Source: Blepharisma stoltei ATCC 30299
Lineage: Eukaryota > Protista > Ciliophora
Direction of reading: 5' to 3'
Assembly: GCA_965603825.1 (NCBI GenBank)
Contig: CBFDEM010000013.1
Span: 1-64,000, forward strand
DNA length: 64,000 nucleotides
Within the stretch, counting starts at the first letter, position 1. Each line of letters begins with the position of its first letter. This document shows positions 35,699 through 46,505 of this stretch, in pieces. Made by a program: the position numbers and the translations under genes. Under the pieces are notes generated by a model. The model was given only the letters and a program-made list of their open reading frames with translations. It was not told where the DNA came from and searched no databases.

Positions 35699-36616
35699 TT
35701 ATAGCTTAATAACCTTGAGTTTCAATAGTAAAGGCATAGCTAATTGCATAAGCGGGGACATAATCTGATATGGGACTAAGGTGGAGAAGTAAGCTTGGAC
35801 GCTATGTGCCCAGTGGCCATAGTTGATTCCTGTATGCAGGTTGTTGACCAAGCTCCTAACATAAGTCTGCACCTTCAAGCATGTAACAAAGTCAGCGAAC
35901 CCTAAGCTGCCTGCAAGAGGAGTTGCGACAGGGCCTGGCTTTACAGTAGCGACATCAATTGAATTGGAATATTCATACCTTAAAGCCTCACTCAAGAAAT
36001 GGTTATACCTCTTGGTCGCTGCATATAAAGCTATGCTTGGCAACGCTATTTCTTCAGCTGTGGAAGAAAAATTAATTATGAGGCTTCTTTGGTGGGTTTC
36101 TTGGTGTCGCTTTAAGAAAGCGGGGATTAAATGATAGGAAAGCATTGTCTGTGGGTAGATGTTTATTCCAATCATTTCTTCAATGCTGTCTAAGTCTTGG
36201 TTGATTAGGAATTTTGACTCGCCGCCGATTCCTACGTTGTTGATGAGGACTGAGATGTTGTATGGAGCCAAATCTGAGACTACTTGCTTATAGAAATTTT
36301 CAGGGTCTCTGTGAGAGTACTTGAAATCGACAGCTAGGTATTTTATGTCAGGATTTTTAGTTTCTGCTGAAATTGCTTTGGAAACTTCAGCTAGCTTTGT
36401 GGGGTTTCTTGAGATTAGTAGCACTTTGAAGCCTCGAGAAGCGAATTCAGTTGCAAGACCTTTGCCTATCCCATCTGAACCACCAGTGATTGCAACCCAG
36501 CCGTACTTGTATTGCTCAAGGTTGATTTTGCAGAAATAGTTTGAGTAAATCATTTTACCGAGCTGATAAACCACTTTGAAGATCCCAAGCCAAACGATTA
36601 GACTCCATAAAGACAT
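35699..36616 (-). CDS. SDR family very-long-chain 3-oxoacyl-CoA reductase (KAR/HSD17B12-like)
   Basis: N-terminal TM, WVAITGGSDGIGKG, LINNVG, YAATK catalytic motif, VKPGPVAT. ATG 36616 preferred over the upstream ATG at 36676. Confidence 0.88.
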   Translation of the reverse strand: MSLWSLIVWLGIFKVVYQLGKMIYSNYFCKINLEQYKYGWVAITGGSDGIGKGLATEFASRGFKVLLISRNPTKLAEVSKAISAETKNPDIKYLAVDFKYSHRDPENFYKQVVSDLAPYNISVLINNVGIGGESKFLINQDLDSIEEMIGINIYPQTMLSYHLIPAFLKRHQETHQRSLIINFSSTAEEIALPSIALYAATKRYNHFLSEALRYEYSNSIDVATVKPGPVATPLAGSLGFADFVTCLKVQTYVRSLVNNLHTGINYGHWAHSVQAYFSTLVPYQIMSPLMQLAMPLLLKLKVIKL

Positions 36617-37342
36617 TTTTGATCTTTTATAGTAATAAAAATATTGAATAATAAGGAGTTTTATTAATAAGACCATTAGTCGCTAAAAAAATAGAAAAAT
36701 AATTGCTTAAACTTTACAGAAAATCTCTAGGTCTCATTTCGAGGATAATCTTTAGAGGCTTTTTAATCTGCTCTATAATTTTAATATACAAACTGAATCT
36801 TTTGCTATAAGCATTTTTGCTTAAGGTGAGGTACTGGGTTCAAATTGCAAAAGTAAATGACAGTTCTAGGCAAAAGAGTTATGTGTGCATCTATGCCACT
36901 TGTCAAAATTCCATTTATTTGGATATTTTTACATGATTTTAAGGCTATGAAGCATATTCTATTATCTAACACTTTATTTTTTTTCACTATTTTTGAATTT
37001 AAGCTTAATTTTACCATATTTCTTGACTAATGTAGCCTAAACATTACTGTAATTCAAGGCTAATAAGAAATTATAGTATAAATAATAAAATATTTCCCAA
37101 AATGTATTAAAGTTTTTTATATTTTATTATTCGTAGATTCACCTAAAATCAATGAATTGAGAGAATGGATATTAGTGACTATAATAATTATAAGAAACTT
37201 ATTAAAGAAATAATAAAAAAAAGTCTACTCACAAAAGCTATAAGTCGCATAAAGATTGATGCTCGTACCGTGCTGTAAGTATGAAGTTACAGTCTTAATT
37301 ATCAATATTACGATTATAAGTTATCATTAAATTACAATATCT

Positions 37343-38281
37343 TTACCTGAACAAATGCTCATAGAGCATATAAGGCAAATTCTGATAATTCGGCGAAAGG
37401 ATCGAATTCGCAGCCTGATATACTGGAGCTAAAGGAGATTGCAGAAGACTATTAGAATCAGCCGATGACATAATAAAATCTTGATTTGTCCTCAGCCCTC
37501 CTATCGAGAGCTGTGGTGGCTTTTTCTTCCCAATTTTTGACTGGACACTTTTTGATCTTTTATTTTGTTTATTTATTTGTAAATTTCCATTGGAGTTTTC
37601 CAATGTGGTATTTCCTTCAGTTTCACAGACTCTTGCAGACAATTTTTGTGCCGTAGATTCCACAACTATATTAGGGATCGGCAAGCTTTCATGCTTCTTT
37701 AAATATTGTTTAAGATCACAGTTAGGATTTATTGAATTTTCATGGTCTTTTCTTCGTTTTAGGCTTGGGGTTTTAGCTCTTCTGGATGGAGGCTTTTCTT
37801 TATTTTCATTATTGACATAAAAATGCATAGAGGAAATCCGCTCAATTACTTCTTTGGCTTTTGAGCTGCTAGGCAGCCTTGATGCTCTGTATGAGGAATA
37901 TCGAGTTGATAGCAATTTTTCTAGAGAAGCACTGTCGTTAATAAATTCTTGATATTGAATATCGGCTAAATCATAGTTGTGGAACATTGAGTTTTTGGGT
38001 TTTTGGTCAGATTTTACAAATCTGTAGAATCGTTTCTGAGTTTTTTGGTTTGAAGGAGTTTGTTTAGAGCTTTTTAGATGTTCTCTTTCACTAATAATTG
38101 AGACAGGGGATTCGCATATCAGAGAATTAGATGGCTTCGAACGTAAAGAAAATTGTGGAAACCTTTGGTGGTGATAGAGAGGGTCAAATCGAACTTTAGG
38201 GATTTTCATATTGACAAGTTCTTCAAGGGTACAGCCACTTTTTATTTTGGCTTGGTTTGCTATTTCTAATGGAATATTCAT
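37343..38281 (-). CDS. Hypothetical S/K-rich protein (312 aa)
   Basis: Long ATG-TAA ORF, likely disordered. No domain recognised. Confidence 0.65.
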   Translation of the reverse strand: MNIPLEIANQAKIKSGCTLEELVNMKIPKVRFDPLYHHQRFPQFSLRSKPSNSLICESPVSIISEREHLKSSKQTPSNQKTQKRFYRFVKSDQKPKNSMFHNYDLADIQYQEFINDSASLEKLLSTRYSSYRASRLPSSSKAKEVIERISSMHFYVNNENKEKPPSRRAKTPSLKRRKDHENSINPNCDLKQYLKKHESLPIPNIVVESTAQKLSARVCETEGNTTLENSNGNLQINKQNKRSKSVQSKIGKKKPPQLSIGGLRTNQDFIMSSADSNSLLQSPLAPVYQAANSILSPNYQNLPYMLYEHLFR

Positions 38282-39418
38282 TACATTAATTTGATGAAAT
38301 TTAACATTTTGGTTATGAAGAGAAATAAATCATATATTTACATATATATCAAAACATTTATTTATTTCAATAATCATTCAAATTCTATAATTGCTTTTTA
38401 AAATAAATATCAAAAATGTATAATATAAGAAATGTATTATGCAAAGTATTTGATTCCAAATTTGCTAGAACTTCTCCTTATTACAAATCCTTGCTTATAA
38501 GGTCTGAAATCTAATTCCAATTCTTACGAATTTTTGCTTCAATAGTCAATCTTATTAGACTTTATATTGTATTATCAATTAAATTATTCCTTAATTGAAT
38601 TTTATTGTATCAGCAATTAAAGAATTTCTTTATTGAAGTTTACAATAGTTTCACATAATTAGATAAAACTTTTCAAAACATTAATAATCTGATAAGATAT
38701 TCTGTCTTTTCAATAAGTTTATCGTCATCCTCCTTAATATGTCTAAACATAAGAATCCTAGATTTTTGAAATGCTGGCTCTTTTTCATATAATCAAATCA
38801 CCATTAGAATGTTTGGTCTATTACTATACTGCCCGAGCCTCTTTTTGCTCGGGCTAAATTTTCACCTCATTCAAGAGATTGAAAAACTTCATTTAAAGAC
38901 TGTAAAGTTTATCCTTATAATATTTTTGAAAGTTTATCAGTAATCTTTTCTTGAACTTACCCTGTTCTTTTAATTCCGGCCAATAGTGATTTCATGCGTA
39001 TTCTTTTCTTTTGGAGTATACAATAAGCTCTAAAACTTGATAAATTTGAACCGAACCCTCGAAAAAGATAAATAAAAATGCCAAATTTCGAACTGGAAGC
39101 TAAGGTGCTTGATCATTCTTTTAAATTCAAAACCCCTTGCATTTGAAACGTCTAAATACTAATGATTTTTGGAAAATATTATGCATAGAGTTTTGGGTTG
39201 AATTTATTAGCTGGACAATATGAGCCCTTTTTCTAATTGATAAAATTTATGGGAGGTGCAGTTATGTCTAATTTTGTGGCCTTAATTGTTGCTTTGTCAC
39301 TAAAATTAGCTGTCTAATGGGAAAGGATTTCATCAAAAGCAACCTTTAGTAAGACAAAGCCCTGATTAAAATTTACATATAAATAGTTATTTATATAATT
39401 ATATATATCTATAAACAT

Positions 39419-39928
39419 TTATGCAGGGTGTTGTTTACTGATATGCTTGATAAGCATATACTTGTTGTAAACGGATAGGCCGCATATACCACAGGTAACT
39501 CTCGTTGCCTTTTGGTGGACCTGTCGATCGTGGAAAGTAAGTGCATGCTGATGCTTGAAGGTTTTGTGGCATATGCTGCAGGTTACTCCTTTATCTTTAC
39601 TGGAATGAGCCTTGCCAATGTGCTGTTGAAGCCCTTTGTGTCCTTTAAAGAATTTCCCACAAGTTGGGCACTCGAGCTCGTCGTTTTCTGATTCTGCAGT
39701 TGAGCAAGAATCAACAGACGCAGGAGAGTCTGGGACCTCTGTGCTGAGCTCTAGTCCTAACCTGAAGTGTAAGAAGGAAATCGAATCTCGGTCAAGCTCG
39801 AAGTCTTGAATTAGGTGGTCACGGTATTGTAAAGGAGACTCAAAGCCAATCCCACATAAATCACAACAATAGTCTGTGTGTTGTGAAGTGCTTATGCATT
39901 TCAAATGTGGAATATGTGCTGTAGTCAT
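39419..39928 (-). CDS. C2H2 zinc-finger protein, paralog of 29763-30359
   Basis: CPTC..KGLQQHIGKAH, CSIC..FKHQHALTFHDRQVH, CGIC..YNKYMLIKHISKQH. Confidence 0.88.
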   Translation of the reverse strand: MTTAHIPHLKCISTSQHTDYCCDLCGIGFESPLQYRDHLIQDFELDRDSISFLHFRLGLELSTEVPDSPASVDSCSTAESENDELECPTCGKFFKGHKGLQQHIGKAHSSKDKGVTCSICHKTFKHQHALTFHDRQVHQKATRVTCGICGLSVYNKYMLIKHISKQHPA

Positions 39929-40871
39929 CGTCGATTTATTAATTATGAACCATAATTTTAAAATGTCCTTGGTTGCATATAAGAATTTTATGAATAAATT
40001 TTATTTAATCTGCATGATTAAGCGAGAAAATAAACACTGGAATTTTTGAAAATTATTTTTTATGAGATAGCAAGTGGATTCACTCTATTGTTAAATAAAT
40101 AAAAAAATAAGATTTATCTAAAATTATACCGATCTGGCGACGCAATAGCAAAATGTATATAAATTTTTAGTCTATTATATCGTATAGTTAAAAATAGTCA
40201 TGAGCTTTTTTATTTTCTCACCATCTAATGCTAAGACAGTGAAGCATAATTAATTCAGGCAGTTTAAGTATCACTTAAAATTGGTCTTTATATCTTAGCA
40301 ATCTTTAAGCTTGTCAGATTAACCTATTCGTCCTTTTTTATGCGTTGAATAAAGGTGACGTAATGAAGAAGATGGTAGACCAATTTTGAGAATATTTAAT
40401 AAAATAATTTATGCACCAGATAATTGGATTTTGACAGAAAATTACTTAAAATGGCTTTATATATAATTTCATTGAACCTGTCCAAATTTTGTTCAACCTG
40501 CCTTATTAATTGAATAAAGAAACGTTTAGTTGAAATAATTTATATATGAGGAATTTCTTATAATAAGAGCACGTAAATTAAATTGTGATAAAAAATTATT
40601 TTTAATTTCAATTATTTTTGACTCTGAAATATACAAATTCTAAATTTAGCAGGTTATGACTATCTTTAATATTTTAAAATAAAATATTCCATCATTTATA
40701 AGTATTTATTTCACAAAGTATAAAAAATTTACTATTAAAATTACCCATTTATCATTATTTGCCTTCAAAATTGTTAAATTTGATCAATATTACAATTTAT
40801 TTTTCAGAACTTTTCCCTAAAAGAAACAATTTTTCCTTAAACTTGAGGAGAAAATATATATTATATCTAAA

Positions 40872-43109
40872 ATGGATTTATGTGATGATTCAAACAATGT
40901 TCAAGTATTTTGTAGAGTCAGACCGCTAAATGACATGGAAAAGCACTTACCAAGCAAGCCATTTATCGATATCTCAGCTGATTCTCGTACAATAACTGCT
41001 CACTCTTCAAATGCCAATGAACCTATTAAATATAATTTCGATTACGTTTTTATTCCACCCACTCCTCAATCAACTGTCTACGAAAAAGCAGCGCGTCCTA
41101 TAGTCGAGTCAGTAATGCAAGGCTTTAATGGGACTGTTTTCGCATATGGACAGACATCCTCAGGGAAGACTTATACAATGACAGGGCCTAACTCAGAAGA
41201 TCCTAACTATATGGGGATAATTCCGCGTATGGTTACGACGATTTTTGTCCTTATAGAGAATGCTGATGAAAATATTGAATTTACAGTGAAAATTTCTTAT
41301 TGTGAAATTTACTGCGAAAAAATCAGAGATCTAATGATTTCTTCTAAAGAAAATCTAAAGATTAGAGAAGATAGGGCAAGAGGTGTATACATTGATGGAC
41401 TAACAGAAGTATGTGCATCCACAGGAGAAGAAATTTATGAAATAATGAAGCTCGGAAACACAAATAGAGCGACAGCGTCGACAAAAATGAACAATTCGTC
41501 ATCAAGGTCCCACTCAATTTTCTCCATCACAGTTACTCAGTCCACTATGGATTTTTCCACAAAAGTTGGAAAACTCCACTTGATTGACCTTGCTGGCTCT
41601 GAAAAAGTTGGGAAAACGACTCTAGAAGGAATCCGCTTAGAAGAAGCAAAAAAAATCAATAAATCCCTAGCAGCACTAGGAGCTGTAATAACAGCTTTAT
41701 CTGAAGGGAAAAAGTCTCACATTCCTTATAGAGATTCTAAGCTGACAAGAATTCTTGAAAATTCATTAGGAGGAAATTCCAAAACTTCGCTAATAGTAAC
41801 TTGCTCCCCTTCCCATTATAATGAAGAAGAAACTTTGTCAACTTTAAGATTTGGGGTAAGAGCGAAACTAATTAAAAACAAGCCAAAAATCAACAAAGAG
41901 TTTACAGTGAGTGAGCTGAAACTTCTTCTAGCAGATGCAAAAGAAGAAATAAAGCAAAAAGACATGCTAATTAAACTATTTGAAGAGCAGATGGAAACTG
42001 GAGATTGCAACTTGGCGCTTACAGCTGACACAAGCATTTTCGGGGATGAAGATCTGTTTAAGCCTGAGTATATGGAAGTTATACAGGAATTAGAGCTGAC
42101 AAAGCAAAAAATGTTAGAAGAAATGGAAATTAAAAGAGATCTGCAAGAGAGGTTTGAGCAGATTGAAACCGAAAATGCTGAATTAAGTGCAGAATACAAT
42201 AATTTAGTTAAATACGCCCAAGAAATTTGTGATGAAAAAAATATTTTAGAAAATTTACTCCGAGATAAAGAAGAAATTATCGACAAACTGACCGCCATAA
42301 AAGATTCCTACGAATCTAAATTTGAAAATTTCCAAAACGAAAAGCTACGTCTAGAGAAAAAAATTGTCGAAAAAGACGTAGAAATTGAATACCTTAAGAG
42401 AAGAGCCAGAGCTTCTGCAATTGATTCTGAAGAAGATAAAAAATTGCAGATAAGCGAAGAAAGGGAAAAAAATATTTTAAGAATCCATGGGGATTCTTTA
42501 AGTAAATTATCAATGATAAAAGATGGAATTAATGAAGAAATTTATGATGAAAATATATGGAAAAATGAGAAGCTGAAGCTTGTAAATCAGCTTCAAATTA
42601 GGATAAAGTCAATAATTGACCTTGAAATTGAGCTTGAAGATGCTCGAGAAGTCATAAAAAAGCTGGAAAATTCTAAAGGGAGCACCTGGAGAGAAGAAAG
42701 AAAACAGAACAGCATCTTGGAGAGGCAGCTAGAACAGCTGACTATAATGTATCATCAATTAGCAAAGCAGCAGTCAGAATCCTCATTAGACAGCAGCATA
42801 AAAGAAAAAAAAATCCACCGGCTGACAGAAAAATCTAAAAAGCTTGAAGAAGAGCTAAAATCCTTAAAATCATCTATAAAAGAATACGAGTTCACTAGCA
42901 AAGCATTAAAAGATGAGCTCAAAAAGAAGCCTCAAAGCAGCATTCTCAGTACAATGGGAACTCTAGGGTTACTATTGCCAAGTCCTAAGATTAAAAAATC
43001 AATAAAAGGTGGCGGCAATTCCAAGTTCCTGGCAGTTTTTGCTGATCAGGCTAGAACCTCATCAGCTGCTTTTAATAGACTCTCATTAAATAATGAATTA
43101 CAAATTTAA
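40872..43109 (+). CDS. Kinesin heavy chain (kinesin-1 family)
   Basis: N-terminal motor domain (GQTSSGKT, NSSSSRSH, DLAGSEKVGKT, HIPYRDSKLTRIL), coiled-coil stalk and IKKSIKGGG (IAK-like) tail. Confidence 0.95.
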   Translation: MDLCDDSNNVQVFCRVRPLNDMEKHLPSKPFIDISADSRTITAHSSNANEPIKYNFDYVFIPPTPQSTVYEKAARPIVESVMQGFNGTVFAYGQTSSGKTYTMTGPNSEDPNYMGIIPRMVTTIFVLIENADENIEFTVKISYCEIYCEKIRDLMISSKENLKIREDRARGVYIDGLTEVCASTGEEIYEIMKLGNTNRATASTKMNNSSSRSHSIFSITVTQSTMDFSTKVGKLHLIDLAGSEKVGKTTLEGIRLEEAKKINKSLAALGAVITALSEGKKSHIPYRDSKLTRILENSLGGNSKTSLIVTCSPSHYNEEETLSTLRFGVRAKLIKNKPKINKEFTVSELKLLLADAKEEIKQKDMLIKLFEEQMETGDCNLALTADTSIFGDEDLFKPEYMEVIQELELTKQKMLEEMEIKRDLQERFEQIETENAELSAEYNNLVKYAQEICDEKNILENLLRDKEEIIDKLTAIKDSYESKFENFQNEKLRLEKKIVEKDVEIEYLKRRARASAIDSEEDKKLQISEEREKNILRIHGDSLSKLSMIKDGINEEIYDENIWKNEKLKLVNQLQIRIKSIIDLEIELEDAREVIKKLENSKGSTWREERKQNSILERQLEQLTIMYHQLAKQQSESSLDSSIKEKKIHRLTEKSKKLEEELKSLKSSIKEYEFTSKALKDELKKKPQSSILSTMGTLGLLLPSPKIKKSIKGGGNSKFLAVFADQARTSSAAFNRLSLNNELQI

Positions 43110-43729
43110 GATAATCTTGTGCTGGAGCTGGATGTGGGCCTGTCAATTGAGAAGAACTTGGGCATTTTTTCAGGAGTTTTGCTTTCTTCATAGGCTTCGT
43201 CGTAATTCTCGTCATAGCCATGGTAAATATTGTCTTCATTAAAGTCTTGTGAATCAAAGGAAGGGACTTCTTCTAGGGATAGAGTGGATAGATAGACAGA
43301 CTCGGTTTGGTTCATTTCACTGTCAAATAAGATAGAGATATTACCTGATCCAAGAACATTACCATGCCGGTCGTTTAAGATGACTTCGTCTTCATCAAGA
43401 TTTAGTATATTAGAACAATCGTGGGCAAGCTGGGAAAAATCGTAATTTGAAGGGTCAGAAATTCGAATTTTTACTACTTCATTTGAGTAATGAACTGCTA
43501 CAAAGGTAATGCATGATCTCTTCAAGCTGTTTATTGCCCTCACCAAGTATTTTCTATCATGCAATCTTTGAAACCTCATATCAACTCTTAAATCAGCTTC
43601 AGAAATCTGCAGAAAATCTTTCCCATTAATTCCGTGTGACAAGAAAAGTGATGAGGCAGAACCAAGGTGTATTAAATTGAGAAACTCTGATACTTCTTTT
43701 GAGTTCCAATGCCAAGGACTTTTGTACAT
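43106..43729 (-). CDS. SAM-domain protein with acidic tail
   Basis: WNSKEVSEFL..IHL...FLSHGINGKDFLQISEADLR..HDRKYLVRAINSL is a SAM consensus. Confidence 0.82.
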   Translation of the reverse strand: MYKSPWHWNSKEVSEFLNLIHLGSASSLFLSHGINGKDFLQISEADLRVDMRFQRLHDRKYLVRAINSLKRSCITFVAVHYSNEVVKIRISDPSNYDFSQLAHDCSNILNLDEDEVILNDRHGNVLGSGNISILFDSEMNQTESVYLSTLSLEEVPSFDSQDFNEDNIYHGYDENYDEAYEESKTPEKMPKFFSIDRPTSSSSTRLS

Positions 43730-43871
43730 TATAATAAAGATGAATATATATAAATTGATAAAAATTATAGATGGCAGCTTTTTATTTTCATGATTAAATT
43801 TTCAAACAATCAAGCTATTGCTATCATTAGGAAATTTAAAATTCATTATATTAATTATAATAATTTGCAAG

Positions 43872-44996
43872 ATGCAACCTTTAAAAAGAGAACCTGATCC
43901 CACAGTGATAAGATCTTTCACTACTCCAGGCGAAGTTTATTCACTTGATTATGGACTAACTGTAGCAAAAAATAAAGGAGCTCTGATAAGTGCTCTCAGA
44001 CAGTGGCTCTTCAGTCAATGGAGAAGTGGCCAGAGGCAATACGAAACAATACCTTTCGAAAATATAACATTCACTCATGAATCTGAGGCAAATTATATAT
44101 TTCAGATGGAAAATGCAGGCGCAATCACCAATCCTCCTATAGGTGACCAAGAGTATCTTTCAAGAATTAGCCAACAATTTAGTGCCTACCTAACGAGAGT
44201 AACAAGTAGACTAAGAGAAGAATGGAAAGAAAGGGAGCTGATCAGAAGCGAAGTCAATATCAATACAGAAATTCAACCTTTTCAAGCTAAAACTAATCAG
44301 CGCTACAGAGAGATGCGAAGTGCAACAATGGCTGGAATGGATATTCACTTAATCGTTTTTGACTCCATTAGAGATTGGTATATCTTAAGCAACCTGAGGC
44401 ATAACAATATAGTCCCTTGGTATGGGATGGTTAAAATTGATAAAATCATGTACGCAGCAATTCAAAGATTGACAGTCACTCTGGAATCCTTTATAAACTC
44501 AAAATTTTCAAAACAAAGGCCTGAGGATTTGCCCTTAAAATTAAGAATAATCACCCAAATCGGGTACGGGATTGCATTTATGCACATGAAAAACATCGGT
44601 TTAAATAATATTACTCCATGGAGCATTTTTATCGACGAAAACGCCAATAATCGGCCAGTTATATACGACCTAGACCTTGCATTGCGTGCTGACATAACTC
44701 CAGCTCCATGGATAAAACGCTTTAAAGAAGAGGATTTTGCATCGCCTGAAGCTAAAACGGAGAATCAGCAAATAAAATTTCAGAATTCTGATATTTATTC
44801 CTATGGAATTCTAGCCTGCTATATTTTAACTGGAAAATATCCTCAAGAAGCATTTAAGTGTGAATTTGCTTCAGATCCTGAACTTGATGGAAATATAAAG
44901 GAATTTATCATACAAATGCTTTCTGAAAATGAAACCAGAAGGCCTAGTGCAAAGATGTGCTATGAAAAATTTGAAGAATTTAATAGGCTTCTTTAA
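43872..44996 (+). CDS. Protein kinase-like protein, probable pseudokinase
   Basis: LRHNNIV, QIGYGIAFMH, FASPE, SDIYSYG and RRPSA are kinase landmarks, but HRD is replaced by LNN and DFG by DLD. Confidence 0.8.
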   Translation: MQPLKREPDPTVIRSFTTPGEVYSLDYGLTVAKNKGALISALRQWLFSQWRSGQRQYETIPFENITFTHESEANYIFQMENAGAITNPPIGDQEYLSRISQQFSAYLTRVTSRLREEWKERELIRSEVNINTEIQPFQAKTNQRYREMRSATMAGMDIHLIVFDSIRDWYILSNLRHNNIVPWYGMVKIDKIMYAAIQRLTVTLESFINSKFSKQRPEDLPLKLRIITQIGYGIAFMHMKNIGLNNITPWSIFIDENANNRPVIYDLDLALRADITPAPWIKRFKEEDFASPEAKTENQQIKFQNSDIYSYGILACYILTGKYPQEAFKCEFASDPELDGNIKEFIIQMLSENETRRPSAKMCYEKFEEFNRLL

Positions 44997-45004
44997 TAAA
45001 ATAA

Positions 45005-46465
45005 TTATTGGTTATACAATTTTTCTCTTAAAATATTCAATACTTCAGTAATTGAAGTGTCTTGGCTGAGGTCAAAACCTCTTCGTATGAACTGTGCGAA
45101 AGACTGAAAATTCTTAATTATTAAGAAAAGGGAGTCAATTTCTTTCATCACGTCTCCTTCTACGTCAAAAAGCTGCTTAAAGTATGGCAGAGATTTGCAG
45201 GACTGAATTATTTCTGAATCAGTGGCTGTTTTCTTGATTTCTAAAGTTTTTATTATTTGTGACTTAAAAATGTTTTTTTGTGAAATCTGGGTTTTTAAAT
45301 CAAATATCTTTTCCAAAATTTCTTTAAGGGCTAGAATAACATCATCTGGAGCTGATTTTTCATGAAATTCACTATAAATATCAGCCACAACTGCGTTAAT
45401 TTTATTGTATTTTTCAAAAATCTCTTGGCATCCTTCTGCAATACTAATTAAATCTTCACATTTACACGAAAAAATTTCACAGATTTTTTGGGTTATTCCT
45501 TCCTCCTCAGAGCCTTTTTCTAAATTATTTATTTCATTAATGAGCTTGCCATTGTTTTCTTTTAAAATTTCGATTTTTTCTTCTAATCCTTTGATTTTTT
45601 CTTTCCATGCTTCTTCATTGGAATCATTTATCATAATATCTTCTCTATTCCGCATTATTTTCTGATAAACCTTCATTTGTTCTTCATAGAAAACTATAAT
45701 TCCCATTATTTTTACATCAGATTCTGACTCAGGGTCGAATTTTCGCTTTAAAAAGGAACCAAAAATTTTTTCTTCATTAATGAGTTTTGCTGAGTCCCAG
45801 ATTTCTATGGGGTCTGTAGGGATTGGGAATTTTAAGTCTTCGTCTTTTCGGCCGATTGGAGAAATTGATCTTGACCATGGTCTGTCAGTTGAGACAATAA
45901 GATCTTTGGATTGATTTTTTGTAGTAAAAGGTTTGGATAGCTTTGAATATCCCCCAAGCACGTCTGCTAAAACCTCAGCCATTTTGTCATAGTCGCCTTC
46001 TTCAATATAATTATAACCAAGTTTTTCTAGCATAGAATTTATATTAGAAAGCTTTTTGGATTCTGATGATTTTGAAGAATCTTGGTAAGGAGGAGGCTTT
46101 TTGTACGTCCGAGATAATGTGATTGATCTTGATGCTGGATCCTTGAGCAAGTTATTCATTTTATTAAGATCAGGATGGCTTTCAAGAGAGTTTCCTTTTA
46201 TAAAATCATTAATGGATTCAGCAAATTCTGTTGATAAAGTGTCAATTTTACAAAAATCTTTTGGCATGTGCCTATGGTGGGCTTCTTTTGTTGTATTATT
46301 TGAAGAGGCTAGTTTTAGAGGCTGATCTGGAATATGAAGCCCTGATGTGGCTTTGAAATCAAGGAATTGCCTTTTTTTCGTTTTTTTGAATGAAGAGTCA
46401 TTGATAAATTCAGTTGGTTCTTGAGTTTTGGTGAGAAAATTTAAATCTAGTTTGGGAATTTCCAT
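45005..46465 (-). CDS. Hypothetical coiled-coil protein (486 aa)
   Basis: Long ORF from ATG 46465 (MEIPKL) to TAA with a central heptad-rich region. Confidence 0.75.
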   Translation of the reverse strand: MEIPKLDLNFLTKTQEPTEFINDSSFKKTKKRQFLDFKATSGLHIPDQPLKLASSNNTTKEAHHRHMPKDFCKIDTLSTEFAESINDFIKGNSLESHPDLNKMNNLLKDPASRSITLSRTYKKPPPYQDSSKSSESKKLSNINSMLEKLGYNYIEEGDYDKMAEVLADVLGGYSKLSKPFTTKNQSKDLIVSTDRPWSRSISPIGRKDEDLKFPIPTDPIEIWDSAKLINEEKIFGSFLKRKFDPESESDVKIMGIIVFYEEQMKVYQKIMRNREDIMINDSNEEAWKEKIKGLEEKIEILKENNGKLINEINNLEKGSEEEGITQKICEIFSCKCEDLISIAEGCQEIFEKYNKINAVVADIYSEFHEKSAPDDVILALKEILEKIFDLKTQISQKNIFKSQIIKTLEIKKTATDSEIIQSCKSLPYFKQLFDVEGDVMKEIDSLFLIIKNFQSFAQFIRRGFDLSQDTSITEVLNILREKLYNQ

Positions 46466-46505
46466 TCTATTATCAGTAATTAGGGTTAAAAAATAATATA
46501 TCACA

